Positions 49,168 to 62,734 of a stretch of 64,000 nt of DNA are shown here, in pieces. The number at the start of each line of letters is the position of its first letter. Positions within the stretch are counted from its first letter, which is position 1. Below the pieces are notes generated by a model that saw only the letters and a list, made by a program, of their open reading frames with translations, made no database searches and was not told the origin of the DNA. Both the position numbers and the translations under genes were made by a program. This DNA comes from Vicugna vicugna. Taxonomy: Eukaryota. The stretch is from assembly GCA_013265495.1 (NCBI GenBank), contig MU058781.1:10955009-11019008 (forward strand), read 5' to 3'.

Positions 49168-50644
49168 AATAGAGGCTGGCTAACATTCTAACCTTCACAA
49201 AATGATTATAGATTATGTTTTCATCACCTAGAAGACCCCTCAACACTCACTAGTAATAGAGAAATCTACCTTATAGGTGAACTACTGAAGCAGTTATGAA
49301 CAGAATAATAAGACAGAATATCACCCCAAAAGCTCTAGAAGGAAATAATGAATTAATAGTTATTTTAAATCAAAACAATCCAAATTTTCAGATGACTTTA
49401 ATCCACTTGGCCAAAATTCTACCCATAGTCCTAATGATATACAATTTACATGAAAGAAATTCTTACAAATTCTCATGAGTTCTTATAAATTTGTTGCAGG
49501 AAAACCTATGAGTCTTGGATATATTTATCTACTGACAGACTGTAAATTGTCACATTATGATTACATCACATATTGTTTAAATTAATGTCGTATTAATAGA
49601 CATATGCTAGGAAAGTACAAGTTACATTTTTCTTTTAAGACACCATTAGACATACACATGCATGATATACATCCAGGAGACTGAATGTTTTGGAAAGACA
49701 CCAATAAAGGGCAGACTTAACGTCACTTAGGAAAGGACCATACTGAATATCTGTAAACACAAATATTACTCTTGAAGTTCAGGATATACACCCTGTGTAA
49801 ATGTGCTAAGGATCCTGCAACTGGACTTACGAGTATACTTAAGATCTAATACTGCAGCTCACTATAAAGCCAACAGAAGCAAAACACTTCTGGAGGTAGA
49901 CTTCTAACTCAAGAATTTAGAGATCACAAAGATGACAACAAGTATATAGCACTGCTTTCTAAGACTTTTGGGGATTAAGATCCATAATAGGTCAATGGAC
50001 TTATACTCAGTCTTTTATTTGTCTCTTTTTCTGTCACTGATTGCCATGTTTGCTCCATTGGGATTATTTGAGGTACTTATTTATTAAAATGGTTAATCCT
50101 CTTTGCCCTTCTCTAGACACACTTCTTTTCTGTCTTTTTAAACTCCTTCATTTGCCATTATCAAACAATTGCAATGGCTGACAGTCTTTTCAACTGTTGA
50201 GTTTGCCATTTGGCACTAGATCTCACTATTAGAATGAATCTTAATTTATCAACATGCCTTAATTGGAATTAAGTCTCAACAGTTAGCTGCTTTTATGTAT
50301 TTATCATAGAATCTCAAAGAAACTCAAAGAATGTTAAGGATAGAAGGGACACAGGATTAATAATACAAACTACGATCCGATTATTTTCTCATAAATCCAT
50401 ATATACAGAAACCATTATATTATTTTTATGTTTAATTATACCCAGGGTGAAACCAATTAAAATTTAATAGCAAATCCTAACAACCTCTGGGCCTGCTCAA
50501 TGTGCACCCTTACAATTATACTTATGTGATCACAGGGCTTTCCCATGCTTACCCACATCAAAATATGTCCTAGACTTTGACACGATTATCCAGCCTTTTC
50601 AAGTGTTCAAAATAAATTATTAAAAATCTGATACAGTTACTCAC

Positions 50645-50696
50645 CATGAGGGATCCAACACACCAAATTTCATCACTTTCTGCAAGGAATCCAATC
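50645..50696 (-). CDS. Probable internal coding exon (52 nt) of an unidentified large host gene
   Basis: The - strand reads ...gtgttttaatgtag|GATTGGATTCC...GGATCCCTCATG|gtgagt. Two frames are open: xLDSLQKVMKFGVLDPS+TG and IGFLAESDEIWCVGSLM. It lies in apparently unique DNA between L1 blocks. Confidence 0.55.
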
Positions 50697-51119
50697 CTAC
50701 ATTAAAACACATGAAATGCAATTAATCTCTGACTATGCCCCAAACAATAAAACAGTTCAAACTTGAAAGGCCAAAAAAATCAATATAAATCCATGAGCTA
50801 GAATATTCCCAGACAATAAAACTGCCTTTAACTATGTACTCATTATTATCTAGTCATTAAACAAAATGGAGTTTGGAAAGTAACTCATACCTGGGGAAGC
50901 ACTTCAGTAAAACAGAATAATCAATTAATCCACTGAGCTCTTTGGTTGACAAAACTAAACTGTGAGGCTTATTCTCTTGATTAGATATACTCCAATGAAA
51001 GATCTGAATGCAGAGTAGGTTTCAAACGTTGCTTATGATGATTGGAATAATCCTCATGCTTGTGATCTTCTTCTTATCTTATATCCAGTGCTTTATATTA
51101 CTACATTGCCATTATCCTA

Positions 51120-52930
51120 AGCCAGACTACGAGTAAAATTTCTGAGTCATAGGACATATTTATGTTCAACGTATAATGCCAAAGAGTCATCCAAAGTAAT
51201 TTTACCATTACATTTCACCTACAATGATGAGCCTTCCAATTACTCTACATTCTTGTCAATATTTAGAAGTGATGGTCTTAAAGTTTAACCATTCTGGTGG
51301 ATACATAATGGTATTATGCTTTGGCTTTAATTCACATTACTCTGATTTAAAAAAAAATGTGATTGAGCACAAATGTTTATTTACCCGTTGGACAGTCTCT
51401 TTATAAAGTGTTGGTTCAAGTCTCTAAATACTTTTTTCCTTGAGTTACCTTTTCTTATAAATTTGTAGGCTTTCTCTATGTATTCTGATATAAGCCTTCT
51501 GCACCTGTTTGTATCATAAATATCTTCTCCCAGTCTGTGACTTCCCTTAATGGTGTCTTACGGTGAACAGGAGTTCTTAATTTTAATGCTTCTTTCTCTT
51601 TAGTGATTTTGTTTCCTATTTAAGAAATCTGTCTATCCCAAAGTGATAAAAAATAATCTCTTAATCTTTTTCCTAAATGCTTTCTTATTTTACATTTCAC
51701 ATTTAGATATGCCTTCCACATGGTGTTAAATTTTGCTATGACGTCAGTGAGGATAAAGCTTCTTTTGAGTTTCAAATTGGCCCAGCACTATCTGGTGGAG
51801 ATATCCTCTTCTACCCATTCCTCTGAAGTCCTGCTTTTATAATAAATCAAGTGTCCCTTACATATAGGTCTCTCTATATACTAATATACAATAATAATTA
51901 CTGTTGCCTTGTAATAAGTTTGCTGCCTGGTAGAAGTGTTTTCAAAAATTATCATAGCTATCCATGGCCTTTCTATTTCCATATTTTAGAACTAGCTTGT
52001 GAATTTCCCCAAAGAACACCTACTGGGGTTTTGATTGAACCTCCAATTCACTAATCTTGTCTTCTGCTGTTTCTAGTCTGTAGTTATACCCATCAGATGA
52101 ATTCTTAATTACAAACATTGTATTTTTCAGTTCTAGCATATCATTTGATTCTCTTTATGGATTCCAATTCTCTCCTGAAGTTCTCCATATTTTTTTAATC
52201 TATTTTGTCCATCTTTTACTCCATGATCGTAAACATATTACTGAGTTATTTTAACCATATCTGATACCTCCAATAACTTTACCACCCACATGTCTTTTCT
52301 GTTATCTGTTTTTGACTTCTTGCATTTCCCCCTCTATTGCTTTAGCATGCCTCATAAATTTGCACTGACTCCTTGTTTTGGATAAAGTATTGTGCAGAAT
52401 CTGAATGACGTTATATATTCTTTCAAAAATGGTTAACATTTTGTGTTTGTGTGTTGGGTTTTTGTTCATTCACTTGTTTGTTGTCATCTTGTTTTAGTTA
52501 GTTCTGTTCCATTTTGTTTTACAGGCAGATAGCATATGAGCAGATCACTTGATCTTGCCAAGCCTTTGTTTTCTGTTGTATTGAAGTTGGGCTACTTTAG
52601 TTTCCTTTTGCTACTGGAGTGCAACAGTCACTCCTAAAACTCGCTTTACTTTTGGAGTGTAGCCATTACTTCTAGAGCCTCTGAAGTCCCAATATTAAGC
52701 CCAGAGGATCTACCAAGGTGTTTATCTTAGGGGACATAAACTTGAATCTATTTCTTCCCAGTATCTAATTACTGGTGAAATCTCTACTCAGCTCTTTTGA
52801 CTCCTAACTGCTATTTTCTGCTGGGTCTCTTTGAGACTCACCCTATCCAAGTGCAGCTTAAAAGTTGATTGGTTACTTAAGAGGAAGTTGTATACAGATT
52901 TGAGGGCTCCTTTTCTATAGTTCCCTTGTC
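51120..52930 (-). mobile_element. Old L1ME-type fragments (ORF2 3' part, then ORF1/5' part)
   Basis: AAATATCTTCTCCCAGTCTGTG, GAACAGGAGTTCTTAATTTTAATG and TTGTATTTTTCAGTTCTAG...TTCTCTCCTGAAGTTCTCCAT. Confidence 0.7.
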
Positions 52931-54034
52931 ACTAAGATTTTTCTCCTCTCTAGGATATTGTCCAGTTACTTTGTGGCTGACCTCTATGCCAGCATGGAAA
53001 AACTGTCACATTCTGATACGTTTCCAAATTGAGGATTTGTAGATGTAATAAGTTACCATCCCCTAATCATATGAACTGTTCTACTTACATATAAGTAACA
53101 CTAGCATCCCATGTTATTTGCATTATTCCAGTCACTTTATTAATTGGAACATTGATCTAGAATTGTGCAATGCTAAAGCTAGAAAAGATCTCATAGACTT
53201 TTCATCCAACACCTTCATGTCAAATATGAGAAAAATAAGCTGCACCCAGAGATTAAATAATAGGTTCAAAATCTCTATATATTATTAAACAAATAATCTC
53301 CTCTTTCCAAAGCTTTAAATGTACTCTCTTTCATTGTGTTACATCTTATCATTCTCTTGTTTCCCTTCCATTCTAATAAGGCTTTTTTAATTGCTCATGA
53401 GTTTTTCTAGTTACTACCACAAAGTGACAATTCTACATTCTCACTATTCAATATGGTTATTCTTGAAAAACTTATCTCCATAAGTATGATGCTTGCTTCA
53501 GCAAACTTTAATAATGTTATCCTCACAGCTCTCCCTATCCTTGAACTGACAGTAATAAGGATTTTTCCTTCAACTGAATTCAAGAAAATGTTTTCCTCAT
53601 TAGCTCAGGAAACGCTATCACAAGCTAATTCATTCAGTACTAGAGGCAGGAACAGATAGCATATGGTTTCACTCTGCAAACGTGGTCTCAATACATTAAA
53701 AAAGCGAAACAAAGCAACACATTCATCTATGTTTTCGCCACTGTGACATTAATGTCCAACAAACAACATCTATACACAGTGACTGTCACACAGAAGTAGC
53801 TTTCATTTCTTTCTGAAGTAGACAACCTGGCCCACAAATTAATTCACCTTCTCATGAAAACCCAGGTACTGTTAGAATTAGAACCAACAACTTAAGGAAG
53901 AATTGATGCAGACATAGTCAGCTAGGTAAAGTTTCTATTTCTTCTAAGCATACAGGGAGTATTTTTTCCCCCTGATATCCACCGGTAATCTATCTAATAA
54001 TAAAACTATAAACAGAAGTTACAGTAAAAACTGC

Positions 54035-54345
54035 TTTGTGTAGATCAAAACCCAATTCCCTTTCCTCCTGGCCAAAGAACAAGGCAAAACTTACTAGCAT
54101 CCCTTATAATTAGATGTCACTGTGTTCTAGTCAATGGAATGTGATCAGTTCTAGGTCTGGCCCATAAAGACCTCCTACCCATGATCTTACTTTCTCTCTT
54201 TCCCCAACTGCCAGCTGCATGCAGAGGAAGACAGGCCCTATACAGTGGTAGATCCCTATTATGGAAGATGCCTGTGACCCAGAGTAATTTGTGGAGAAGA
54301 GTTCCCCAACATCTGTTACTGCCAATCCACGTTGGACTTTGCTAT
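54035..54345 (+). mobile_element. ERVL LTR16/LTR33-like LTR remnant
   Basis: GTTCTAGTCAATGGAATGTGA...TCTAGGTCTGGCCCATAAAGACCTCC...ATGGAAGATGCCTG...GTGGAGAAGAG...TTGGACTTT. Confidence 0.65.
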
Positions 54346-54349
54346 TTTT

Positions 54350-56240
54350 AGAATTTAATGTACTATTTAATTTCCCTGCAGTATAGACAGTTTTCTTCTA
54401 ATCCTTACAACTTTTATCTCTTTTTCATGATTCATTGCACTGACTAAGCACTCTAGTAAAATGTTGAATTAAAGTGGTTAGATCTCATATTCTCTTAAAC
54501 TTAATATCCAAAGTAATATTTTCAATAGCTTACTATTATGATGTTTGCCATAGGCCTTGTTAGGCATGCTTCATCAAATTAGGAGGTTTCTCTTTATTCG
54601 TATAATACTAAGAGATTTATCATGAAAAGGCATTAGATTTAATTATACATTTTTCTGCACCTATTTCATTACCTGCATGTTTCTTCTTTGATTTCATTAA
54701 TGTTGTAAACTACATGTATTGAATTAATAATATTAAATTAAACTTGTACTCCTGGAATAAAACAAGCTTAGCGTAATATATTATCATCTTTATATTATTT
54801 TATATAATATATTTGGTGTTCTCTGTGTTATTCAGGATATTTCCATCATATTTGTAACATTCCTTTCTTACACTGCTCTTACTAGGTTTTAGTACTAAAG
54901 TTATGTTGGTTTCATTAAATCGTTTGGAGAGTACTTCTATTTTTCTTTTTTTCTACAAGATTTTCTGTTAATGTTTGATAGAATTCACCTTTGAAGCTGT
55001 GAGTACCTAAAATATTCCTTATAGAAACATTTTTTTATAAATTCAATACCTTTCATAGCTAGAAGACTATTCACATTTTCTACATTTTCTTGTATCAGTT
55101 TTATAAAGGTGAAATTCCCTAGGTATTTTTTTCACATCATCTAAATTTTTTAATTCATTGGCACAAATAACATGTTGTTTATCATATTTTCATATCATCA
55201 TTTCTGGAAGATTTGTGGTAATATACCCTTTGTCATTTCTACTGCATGCCTTCTCTCTCTTTTTTTTCGCTCAGTCTCACCAGGAGTTTATCAATTTTAC
55301 TAGTCTCATCAAAGAACCAGCTTTTAGCTTTGTTGATCTATTGTGTATCCCTTATTTTTATTAATTTCTACTGTTACAATTTTATGTCCTTCCCTCAACT
55401 TTCATTGGGTTTATTTTTCTATATATTTCCAGTTTTTTGAAGGAGATGCTTAGCTCACTAATTTTAAACCCTTTGTTTTCTTTAATATGTGTATTTATGG
55501 CAAATATATCTATCTAAGAACTTTTAAAATTCCATCTCACAGATTTGATATGTAGGATTTTTAAAATTTGACTCCGATATTATATGTATCTGTAACACTT
55601 CTGGGTCTGTTTCCATAGTCTATTTTTTCTAAGTTTTCTTATCTCCTTGCGTAGTTATTAACTATTTTATTGAGTCATTGTGGTTTTAAATTTAGAAATA
55701 ACTTTGCTGTGGATAGTTAGGACAATATAAAATTCCTCTCAAAGAAGTGTTTTATTTCCTTTTACCAGATTCCTATGGGTGTTAGCAAGCTAGGATCACC
55801 TTTATCCAATTTTAGAGATTGAGATTTTTCTTGGACCATCTAGTTGACTCTAAGTTAGACTGCAGCACATGCAAAGGCTGTTTGACCTCTGATTTTCTCT
55901 TAATCCTAACTTCACACTATAGGAGTTTACCAGAGTGATGTTTGTAAGCCTTTGACTATAACTTACATCTTCTTAGCCCCATAAAACTATTTTTAAAAAG
56001 TGTTTATTAGACTTTTAGTTGAGTCTCCTGGATTTGCAAATAATCCAAGATTAGAAATAGCCCCACTTATTAGATTCACTTCTCTGAATTTCTGTTTTCT
56101 ACAAGATACTGCTTTTATATTTCTTTATTTCTCTATTAATCTTTCAGTGCCTCTTTAGAAGTTTGCTTGTTTGTTTGTTTTTTACATATTGCCCAAATTT
56201 TCTAATTGTTGTCAATGGAAGAAACATTGTTCTGATTTAT
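54350..56240 (-). mobile_element. Old L1M fragments
   Basis: TTCATTGCACTGACTAAG...TCTAGTAAAATGTTGAAT, AATGTTTGATAGAATTCACC and TCAAAGAACCAGCTTTTAGCTTTGTTGAT are typical antisense ORF2 motifs. Confidence 0.72.
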
Positions 56241-57254
56241 CTAATCCGCTCTAGCAGACATTATTCACCTTCACAAAAAAAAAAGTAAAGTTAAAATTCA
56301 GACGTTATTTACATGTACATATATTTTAGACTCTTAAACAAGTTCTGTTTTTCCCAGCTTAACAGTATACTAAGTTTAATAATATAATCACTTGAATGAT
56401 ATCTTCAAAATCAGCATAAAGGTTAGGCCTTTGGGGTATCCCTTGTTCCTCAGGCTATATCATAAAAATTGCCTAAGTAAGAAAATTAACACTTAATGAT
56501 TCTGCATTCCAATATCCCACTTAACACTTTGTTAAAAGCATTGTATGTGAATGTTGTCTTTAGCATTCAAGTTGTATTATGGAGAACTTAGGATCTTGTG
56601 TATCTTATTTGTATAACTAGAATATGTGCTGTCTTGCAATCAATAAGTTGATCTGGCTATTCCCAGGAGTAGAGACAAAGGGTTGCTTAACAGGTGGCTC
56701 TAGCCTACCCTTACAATATCTGTCAACTGTTCACTTGTCACTCTCAATCACTTTATGTTAAGAAGATCTTAGTACAAAAATGATGTGCTTATTACACAAA
56801 TAGAACTTCAAAACAATCCCCTGGCCCTCAATTTCAACCATATTACTGTTCCAAACTCCCTTAAAAATGAAATTCTAGAGCCATCCTATCATCAGTTCTA
56901 TGGGGGAACATTTCTATTGTCCAAATATAGTATGTGCCTGCCATTAAATTTACATCTAACTGAAGTAGAGCTTTTGCATGAGAAAAACCTTTAGCAAGTC
57001 TTCTGGAACACCCAAACCTGGTTTGAATATAGTAAAGGGAAGAGGGTAAGAAATGTCTCAACTATAGTACTCTGAGACCCTATCACCAACTTCTAGCCCC
57101 CATGTTAAAAGATATTTTCAAATTAATTTCTTTTAAAATGGTACCAGAATGGTAAATGCATCAGTCACCTACACCCCTGGAAAAAAATTAACAAATAATA
57201 CCGTCTTTGTCCACTAGGTTTGTGTCCTGGAAGAAATAAGGAACAAATATTTAA

Positions 57255-57410
57255 CAGTAATAGCTGATATTAGCACTGTACTGAATGTCTTATATGTGCT
57301 ATTTCTAGCCTGGAAACAACCTTGCAAAGTAGCTAGCATCATCCTCAGATAAGTAAACAGGTTCAAAAGTTCAAAGCGATGTCAAGACAGAATTGAAGCC
57401 AGTTCTCCAA
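57255..57410 (-). mobile_element. MIR fragment
   Basis: AATAGCTGATATTAGCACTGTACTGAATG...ACAACCTTGCAAAGTAG...CAGATAAGTAAACAGGTTCA. Confidence 0.55.
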
Positions 57411-57504
57411 GTCACTTCTCTGTGATGGAATCACTTTCTTAAAGTCTCTGAGGTCAGAAAGTGCCCCTTTCAGGACACAACTGCCTATTTCTTCTCAACT
57501 CTAT

Positions 57505-57850
57505 ATTCTATTCATTAAAAAAATAGTTACTGACCACCTACTGCAAGTCTGGCATATTCTGAGGGCTGGAAAAGCTATATAAAATGGCATACACAAGGTT
57601 CTTGTACTCATAAACCCTACATAAAAGTGTAGAAGACCAATAATGAAGTAAGCAATACAACTGTATTGATAGAGATAAATGTTTAAAATGGGAAGTGAGA
57701 GCTAATTGAGATGAAGTAGCTAGGGAAGATATTTCTAAAGGGCAACTTTTAAGTTGGCTCTAAAATGATGAAATAGGACCCAACCAAGCAAAGACTTAAA
57801 GGAATAGTGCTCCCAGCTGAGGAAACAACAGATATGAAGACCCTGAAGTA
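57505..57850 (-). mobile_element. L2 3' fragment
   Basis: TTCATT...TTACTGACCACCTACTGCAAG...GCTAGGGAAGATATTTCTAAAGGGCAACTTTTAAG. Confidence 0.65.
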
Positions 57851-58792
57851 ATGCTTCTTCTCCTTCAGATGTCCAGCTCCTTCACATTTTCTTCCTCTTT
57901 TAGAAACTTCAGGTGAAAGGAACTAAAAAGACCTGAAAATGTCACCCCTGTCAGAGACCCTGATAGTTTACCAAAATAAAAAGATTAATTATAAAAGAGG
58001 AAACCCCAAAAGTGAAATTTCTTCCAGGGAAGCACTCAAGTGGCAGTAAGCATCTCTCTGCCCCAAGGGAAAAAATTCTACCACAGGCCTGGCTAATGCC
58101 CACCCAGCTCTACCCATGCCATCTCAAGATTCTCATTGAAGGATTTATACTTTGGTGCTAATTCTTCATATGTGAAATAGGAACTGAAAAACTTGATAAG
58201 GCACAATATCTTTTCCCAGCACAGGAAGTTCCCAATGCACCAATCTGCCACATTCCAATGCTTTGTGAGTTGGATTTTTGGAACTGAGACCACATTTCCC
58301 TGTAGTAACAATGATATTAATTGCAAACTAGACCCCTAAAAAAGCCTGCAATAGCCTGCTCAATTTAAAATGCTGCTGATCGTCTATAAACTAGCAATGG
58401 AAAACAAAATTCTGTCACAAGACCACAGAATAAATTTTTTTAAATGTTGAGTGAGAAGTAATTTATCTTAATGACATTGCATAAAGAAAGCAAGGTTTAA
58501 GAAGGATGATTAAGAAGAAGGATTTTGAAGAGGCTTTCTGGCAACTATAAATTCTGATGGATGATAGAATAGGTTAATTAGCTGTTGTCTAATTTCAGTT
58601 CATAAATTGATATTCTTGGTATAGCTGCAATACTGTTGATGTTATTGTTTTGTTTTGTTTTGTTTTCCCAATGCACAACCATCCATGATTAGAGATGGTT
58701 GACTTGGAGCTCTTTTCAAGGTTGATTATGTTCAGAACTTACGTAAGGTATAGAAAGAGTGGGGGGGTGAATGAAAAGAGAGAAGTCTAAAT

Positions 58793-58976
58793 CAGAAGTT
58801 CTCAAAGTTTAGCATGCATCAGAATTCCTTGGCAGACTTATTGAAACAGACTTCTGAGCCTCATGCCAGATCATGTGATCAATAGATCTGGGATTGGGCA
58901 GAGAATCTGCATTTCTAACAAGTTCCCAGGTAATGTTGATGTTGCCAATCCAGGAATAACACTTTGGAAATAACTA
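58793..58976. mobile_element. MER5A hAT-Charlie MITE
   Basis: CAGAAGTTCTCAAAGTTTAGCATGCATCAGAAT...GAGAATCTGCATTTCTAACAAGTTCCCAGGTAATG...CACTTTGG. Confidence 0.9.
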
Positions 58977-59311
58977 TTCAAAACATAAAAGGTTCAAGTC
59001 AGAAACAACATAAAAACTTGCAGCAGTTGCTGCTATTGGCCTGGCAAGTTGTACATTATCATGATGCTTAGGGATGTCATGTTACTGTCTAACTGCTAAT
59101 GATATGAGTGAATGGGTTGGGAAGGACCACTATGTCAAGCCTTTTCCAGTGTTCTGAGGTATCTGAAAGGTAAAAGGATTAACAGTTCTTCCAAGATTTT
59201 TATGATTCTTCTTCCATTATAAAGAACAATTTCTAGGACTGAGATAATTTCAGAAGCTGATTTAACTCTTTTAGACCACAAACACACTATATAAAAAGTG
59301 ACATTTTATAG

Positions 59312-60110
59312 CTTACTCAGCAAACATGTATTAAGTGACTACTATTTGTAAGACACAGTGACAAATAGGAGATGTGGGAGTGGGGGGCAATGATTTCATC
59401 TAAAGGCAGAGCAGTCACGTACATGAGTAACTAAAGTCAAAGTATCCTAAGTGCATCCTCAGAACAATACAGATAAAATTCAGTGAGAGTTTAAAAGTGG
59501 GAAGGATGCTTTCTACCTGGAGAAATAAGTCAAGGAAAAAGTGACATTTAGGCATAAACTTGGTCGAAAGATAAAGTTATGGATTTAAGGAACTAGGAGT
59601 GAAAAAGGGAAATGACAGAAGAAAAATATGTGTCCAGGAAGAGAGAACCGTGTAAAAAAAAGTTATACAGGTGAGGGTGGGACACAAGAACAACATGAAG
59701 TTCCAGTTAGCTGGAGTTCAGAAAGACTGGAAAGGCAAGCTAGCATTAGGTCAAGGGGCCCTGAAATAGCAGCAGAGGAGCTTGAAAATGACTAGTTATC
59801 AGGGGAGCTCTGAAAGTTTTTGAGTATAGGAATGATCATTTGGAATGATGTTTTAGAGGGATTTATTGGAGAGGCAGAAAATTTGGAGGTGGTGAAACAG
59901 CTAGGATAGTAGCCCAGGACGGAGGAAAGAAACCAGGGTTGGGCAGTAAGGGGAAAGTCGGGGAGAGCTTGATGGATAACGTAGGGTAGGATCATCATTA
60001 CACAGATTTGAGGTCAAGAAAGAGAGAGAGAGATGAGGGGAAAAAGGACCTTAATGTTTTGAACCTTAGTGACTAGACAAACAGTAGTATATTCAACAGG
60101 AATGTGGAAG
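59312..60110 (-). mobile_element. L2 LINE fragment
   Basis: TTACTCAGCAAACATGTATTAAGTGACTACTAT followed by a purine-rich L2 body (GGGGAGCTCTGAAAGTTTTTGAG...ATGATC). Confidence 0.65.
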
Positions 60111-60259
60111 ATTCTCAGAAATATTCCAATACTGTAACTGTACTTTATGGGTATCACAGATTCTCATACTATAAGGGAGATGAAAATTTTATTAAAAAAT
60201 CCTAACCTTGCCTGGCTCCAGTATTCAGCCCCACTTGCCTTGGACTACAACCCTGAAGT

Positions 60260-60484
60260 CAATGGTTATCAATTTTTTTTTAACCTCAATTCACACATGA
60301 GAGTGTAAATATATAACTAAAGCAAAATGTCAAGAAGCAGTACTTGTACTTAACCTTCCCATGTATAATGCACTCTGATATTTTCTATTATGTTTCATTT
60401 CACTTTTTAAAAGTACTCAATGCAACCACTGAATTGATTCCATGGTTCACTAATGGGTTGTAACCCAAAACCTAAAAAACACTG
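60260..60484 (-). mobile_element. hAT MITE of the same family as 11660-11897
   Basis: CAATGGTTATCAA...AATGCACTCTGATATTTTCTATT...CACTAATGGGTTGTAACCC...AAAAACACTG. Confidence 0.65.
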
Positions 60485-61369
60485 TCATAATCTATAAGAT
60501 TCAGCAATTGTGTAGACAATATTGAAAGGGAAGAGCAAATTTTATCACATGTAAGGGGAAAACATATGTAGCTGGAATGCATTCTTCTCACTCTCCATAA
60601 TATTTTAGATTACTTCTCCACAAATGTAAGATACCTATAAATATCAAGCTTTAAAATAATGGACAACTACCCCCAGTAAAGATGAGTACATTACGTGTCT
60701 GTTTTAACAAGATGCTCGAAGTACTGGACACAGTTCATTTGTGTACCTTATGAAAATTTAGTATTATATATGAAAACCCATATTTATAACCTAAAAAAAA
60801 TTGAGATGGGGAAGCTAAGCCTTCATATTTCAAAGGCAACCTTCACTCTATGAAAGAAATATTTCAATAAGTTTAATAGAAATAATTCTCCTAATGCATT
60901 TAAGTGCTAATAAAATTAACTAATCACTTCACAGAACAAGCTAAAGGGAAACTAATTTAAAGCACTGTCAATTTCCTTTTAATCAGAGAAGAAAACAAAG
61001 CATTGGAACAGGAAAGATGTCCCAAGGAAAGATGTCTCCATTTATAAAACTGTTCCTTATGCCCAACTTTTAAAAAGCACCAGGATGAGGTAGGGATGTT
61101 GCAGCCAGTGGTGATAGAATATGCCTTGCTCCTCAGTTAGGCCTGACCAGAGGGGCAAAAATTGCCCATGGATTAGCTGGGGGTACAGTCTTTTCACCTG
61201 CCAGCTTTTAGTAGCCATAAGACATCACTTTAATAAAGCAGATTCCAAAGGTTCACTTCCCTGAAGACAGAGAAACAGACAAAGTGGATTGTCCTGTCAC
61301 AACCAATTTATACTCTATAAAGAATAGAATAACCCACAGTGGGCCATACTATGCATAGCACACACATAT

Positions 61370-61525
61370 GATTCTCTAACAACATGAATAGGTAAGTGTG
61401 TTACACCCATTTTACAGGTGAATAAACTGGAATTTCAACAAGTTAAATAACCTGGCCAAAGCCAAACAGCTGGAATGCACAGAGCTGAAATTTGAAAGTA
61501 AATTCCTTACTATCTTACACTCCCC
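61370..61525 (-). mobile_element. MIR fragment
   Basis: CCCATTTTACAGGTGAATAAACTG...GTTAAATAACCTGGCCAAAGCCAAACAGCT. Confidence 0.75.
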
Positions 61526-62734
61526 AGTAAGAAATGCAAGGAAGTTGCACAAGAGCAGGTCAGTTGATTTCTAGTGCAGTCCTTTATGGAGCTTTATTCA
61601 AAAAGATAATTGGCTTCAGAGTGGATGTTTGAATGTACAGTATATGCGGCGGGATCAGCAATCAAGACCTTCAACAATAAATCTTCCCAGATGCTTGGCT
61701 GGTGAGATTGTTTTCCCCATTTCTTCCACCCCCTAATCTGTCTACCTCTCTCCACCTTTGGGTTTTCATTTCTTTCCATCAGTAGCCATGGTAACACCCA
61801 AAGATAAAACACAGGCAGGAGAGTCTCACAAGCATCTTGAAACACGGAAGCTCGCCAGCATTTTTCATCAGGGTAATACTGTGTACCACACAAACAAAGC
61901 AGCACCCTTCTCATTCTCTCCCATTCATTTCCCACCCACTCAGTGGCAGCCAAGGTCGTTTGTGAAGCTCAAAAGATGACTGGTACATTTATATTCATAA
62001 ACTTGCAGATCAGTCTTCCAATGTTTCAAAAAATGCTTGAGCTGGAAACAGTCGGATTTGTCTCACCCTTCCCTATTAACCCTTTCCTAAGAACTGGCAC
62101 TAGCCAGAAATGAGCTTTTCTGTGAGGTGGCCTGTTCATTGTTTCCCTTAATCAGAGGTGACTTTAAATGATAGCTCTCCTTCTGGCTTCCCATATAGAC
62201 TGAATATGCAATGAAATTTTACCAGAAAGAGGCTCTTCTGAATTTCTCTGCTGGATTGTGAACACTGAAAGAGTGGAAAGCAGAATCTGAAAACAGTCTT
62301 GGTTCAATGTGTTTTACTTAAAAAAGGCCTTGATTAGATTCATGAATATCTGGTTCACTCAGCCAGAATACCTAATTATGGACTGCATGGCTATAAATCA
62401 GAAGAGATTACAAAACAATGATCATCCATCCGGAACACATAAAAACATGGAGTGTTTGTAGGCATGAATACAATATGGATGGGTACACAGTATGTATGTT
62501 TGAGGATATGTGTGAACACAATAGTCTTTTTTTTTTTTTAGCTTTGTTATATTTAGAATTGCCTGATTTGGCACTGATGATCATTATTTAGAGTTATTAA
62601 TTTTTTATTGGCTTTCTCTATAAAGTATTGATGACTTTCTAACAGACAAAAATCCTTAAACAAACAGCTTACCTCTTTAGGATGCAAGACACCCTGACCT
62701 CATGATTCCTTGACCTCAATTCTAGCAGGAGATA

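Noticed and set aside
49640..49960. Possible processed pseudogene or exon in sequence of balanced composition
   Set aside because: No sustained ORF or splice pair. It loosely resembles an ancient CR1/L3 remnant, which I cannot confirm.
61010..61040. 15-bp tandem AGGAAAGATGTC repeat, and a similar 22-bp duplication at 42426-42466
   Set aside because: Ordinary two-copy slippage duplications with no array or spacer structure.
62672..62720. Exon-like segment with donor GAG|gtaagc and two TGACCT half-sites
   Set aside because: Weak acceptor, stops in two frames, and non-standard half-site spacing. Indistinguishable from a pseudo-exon.
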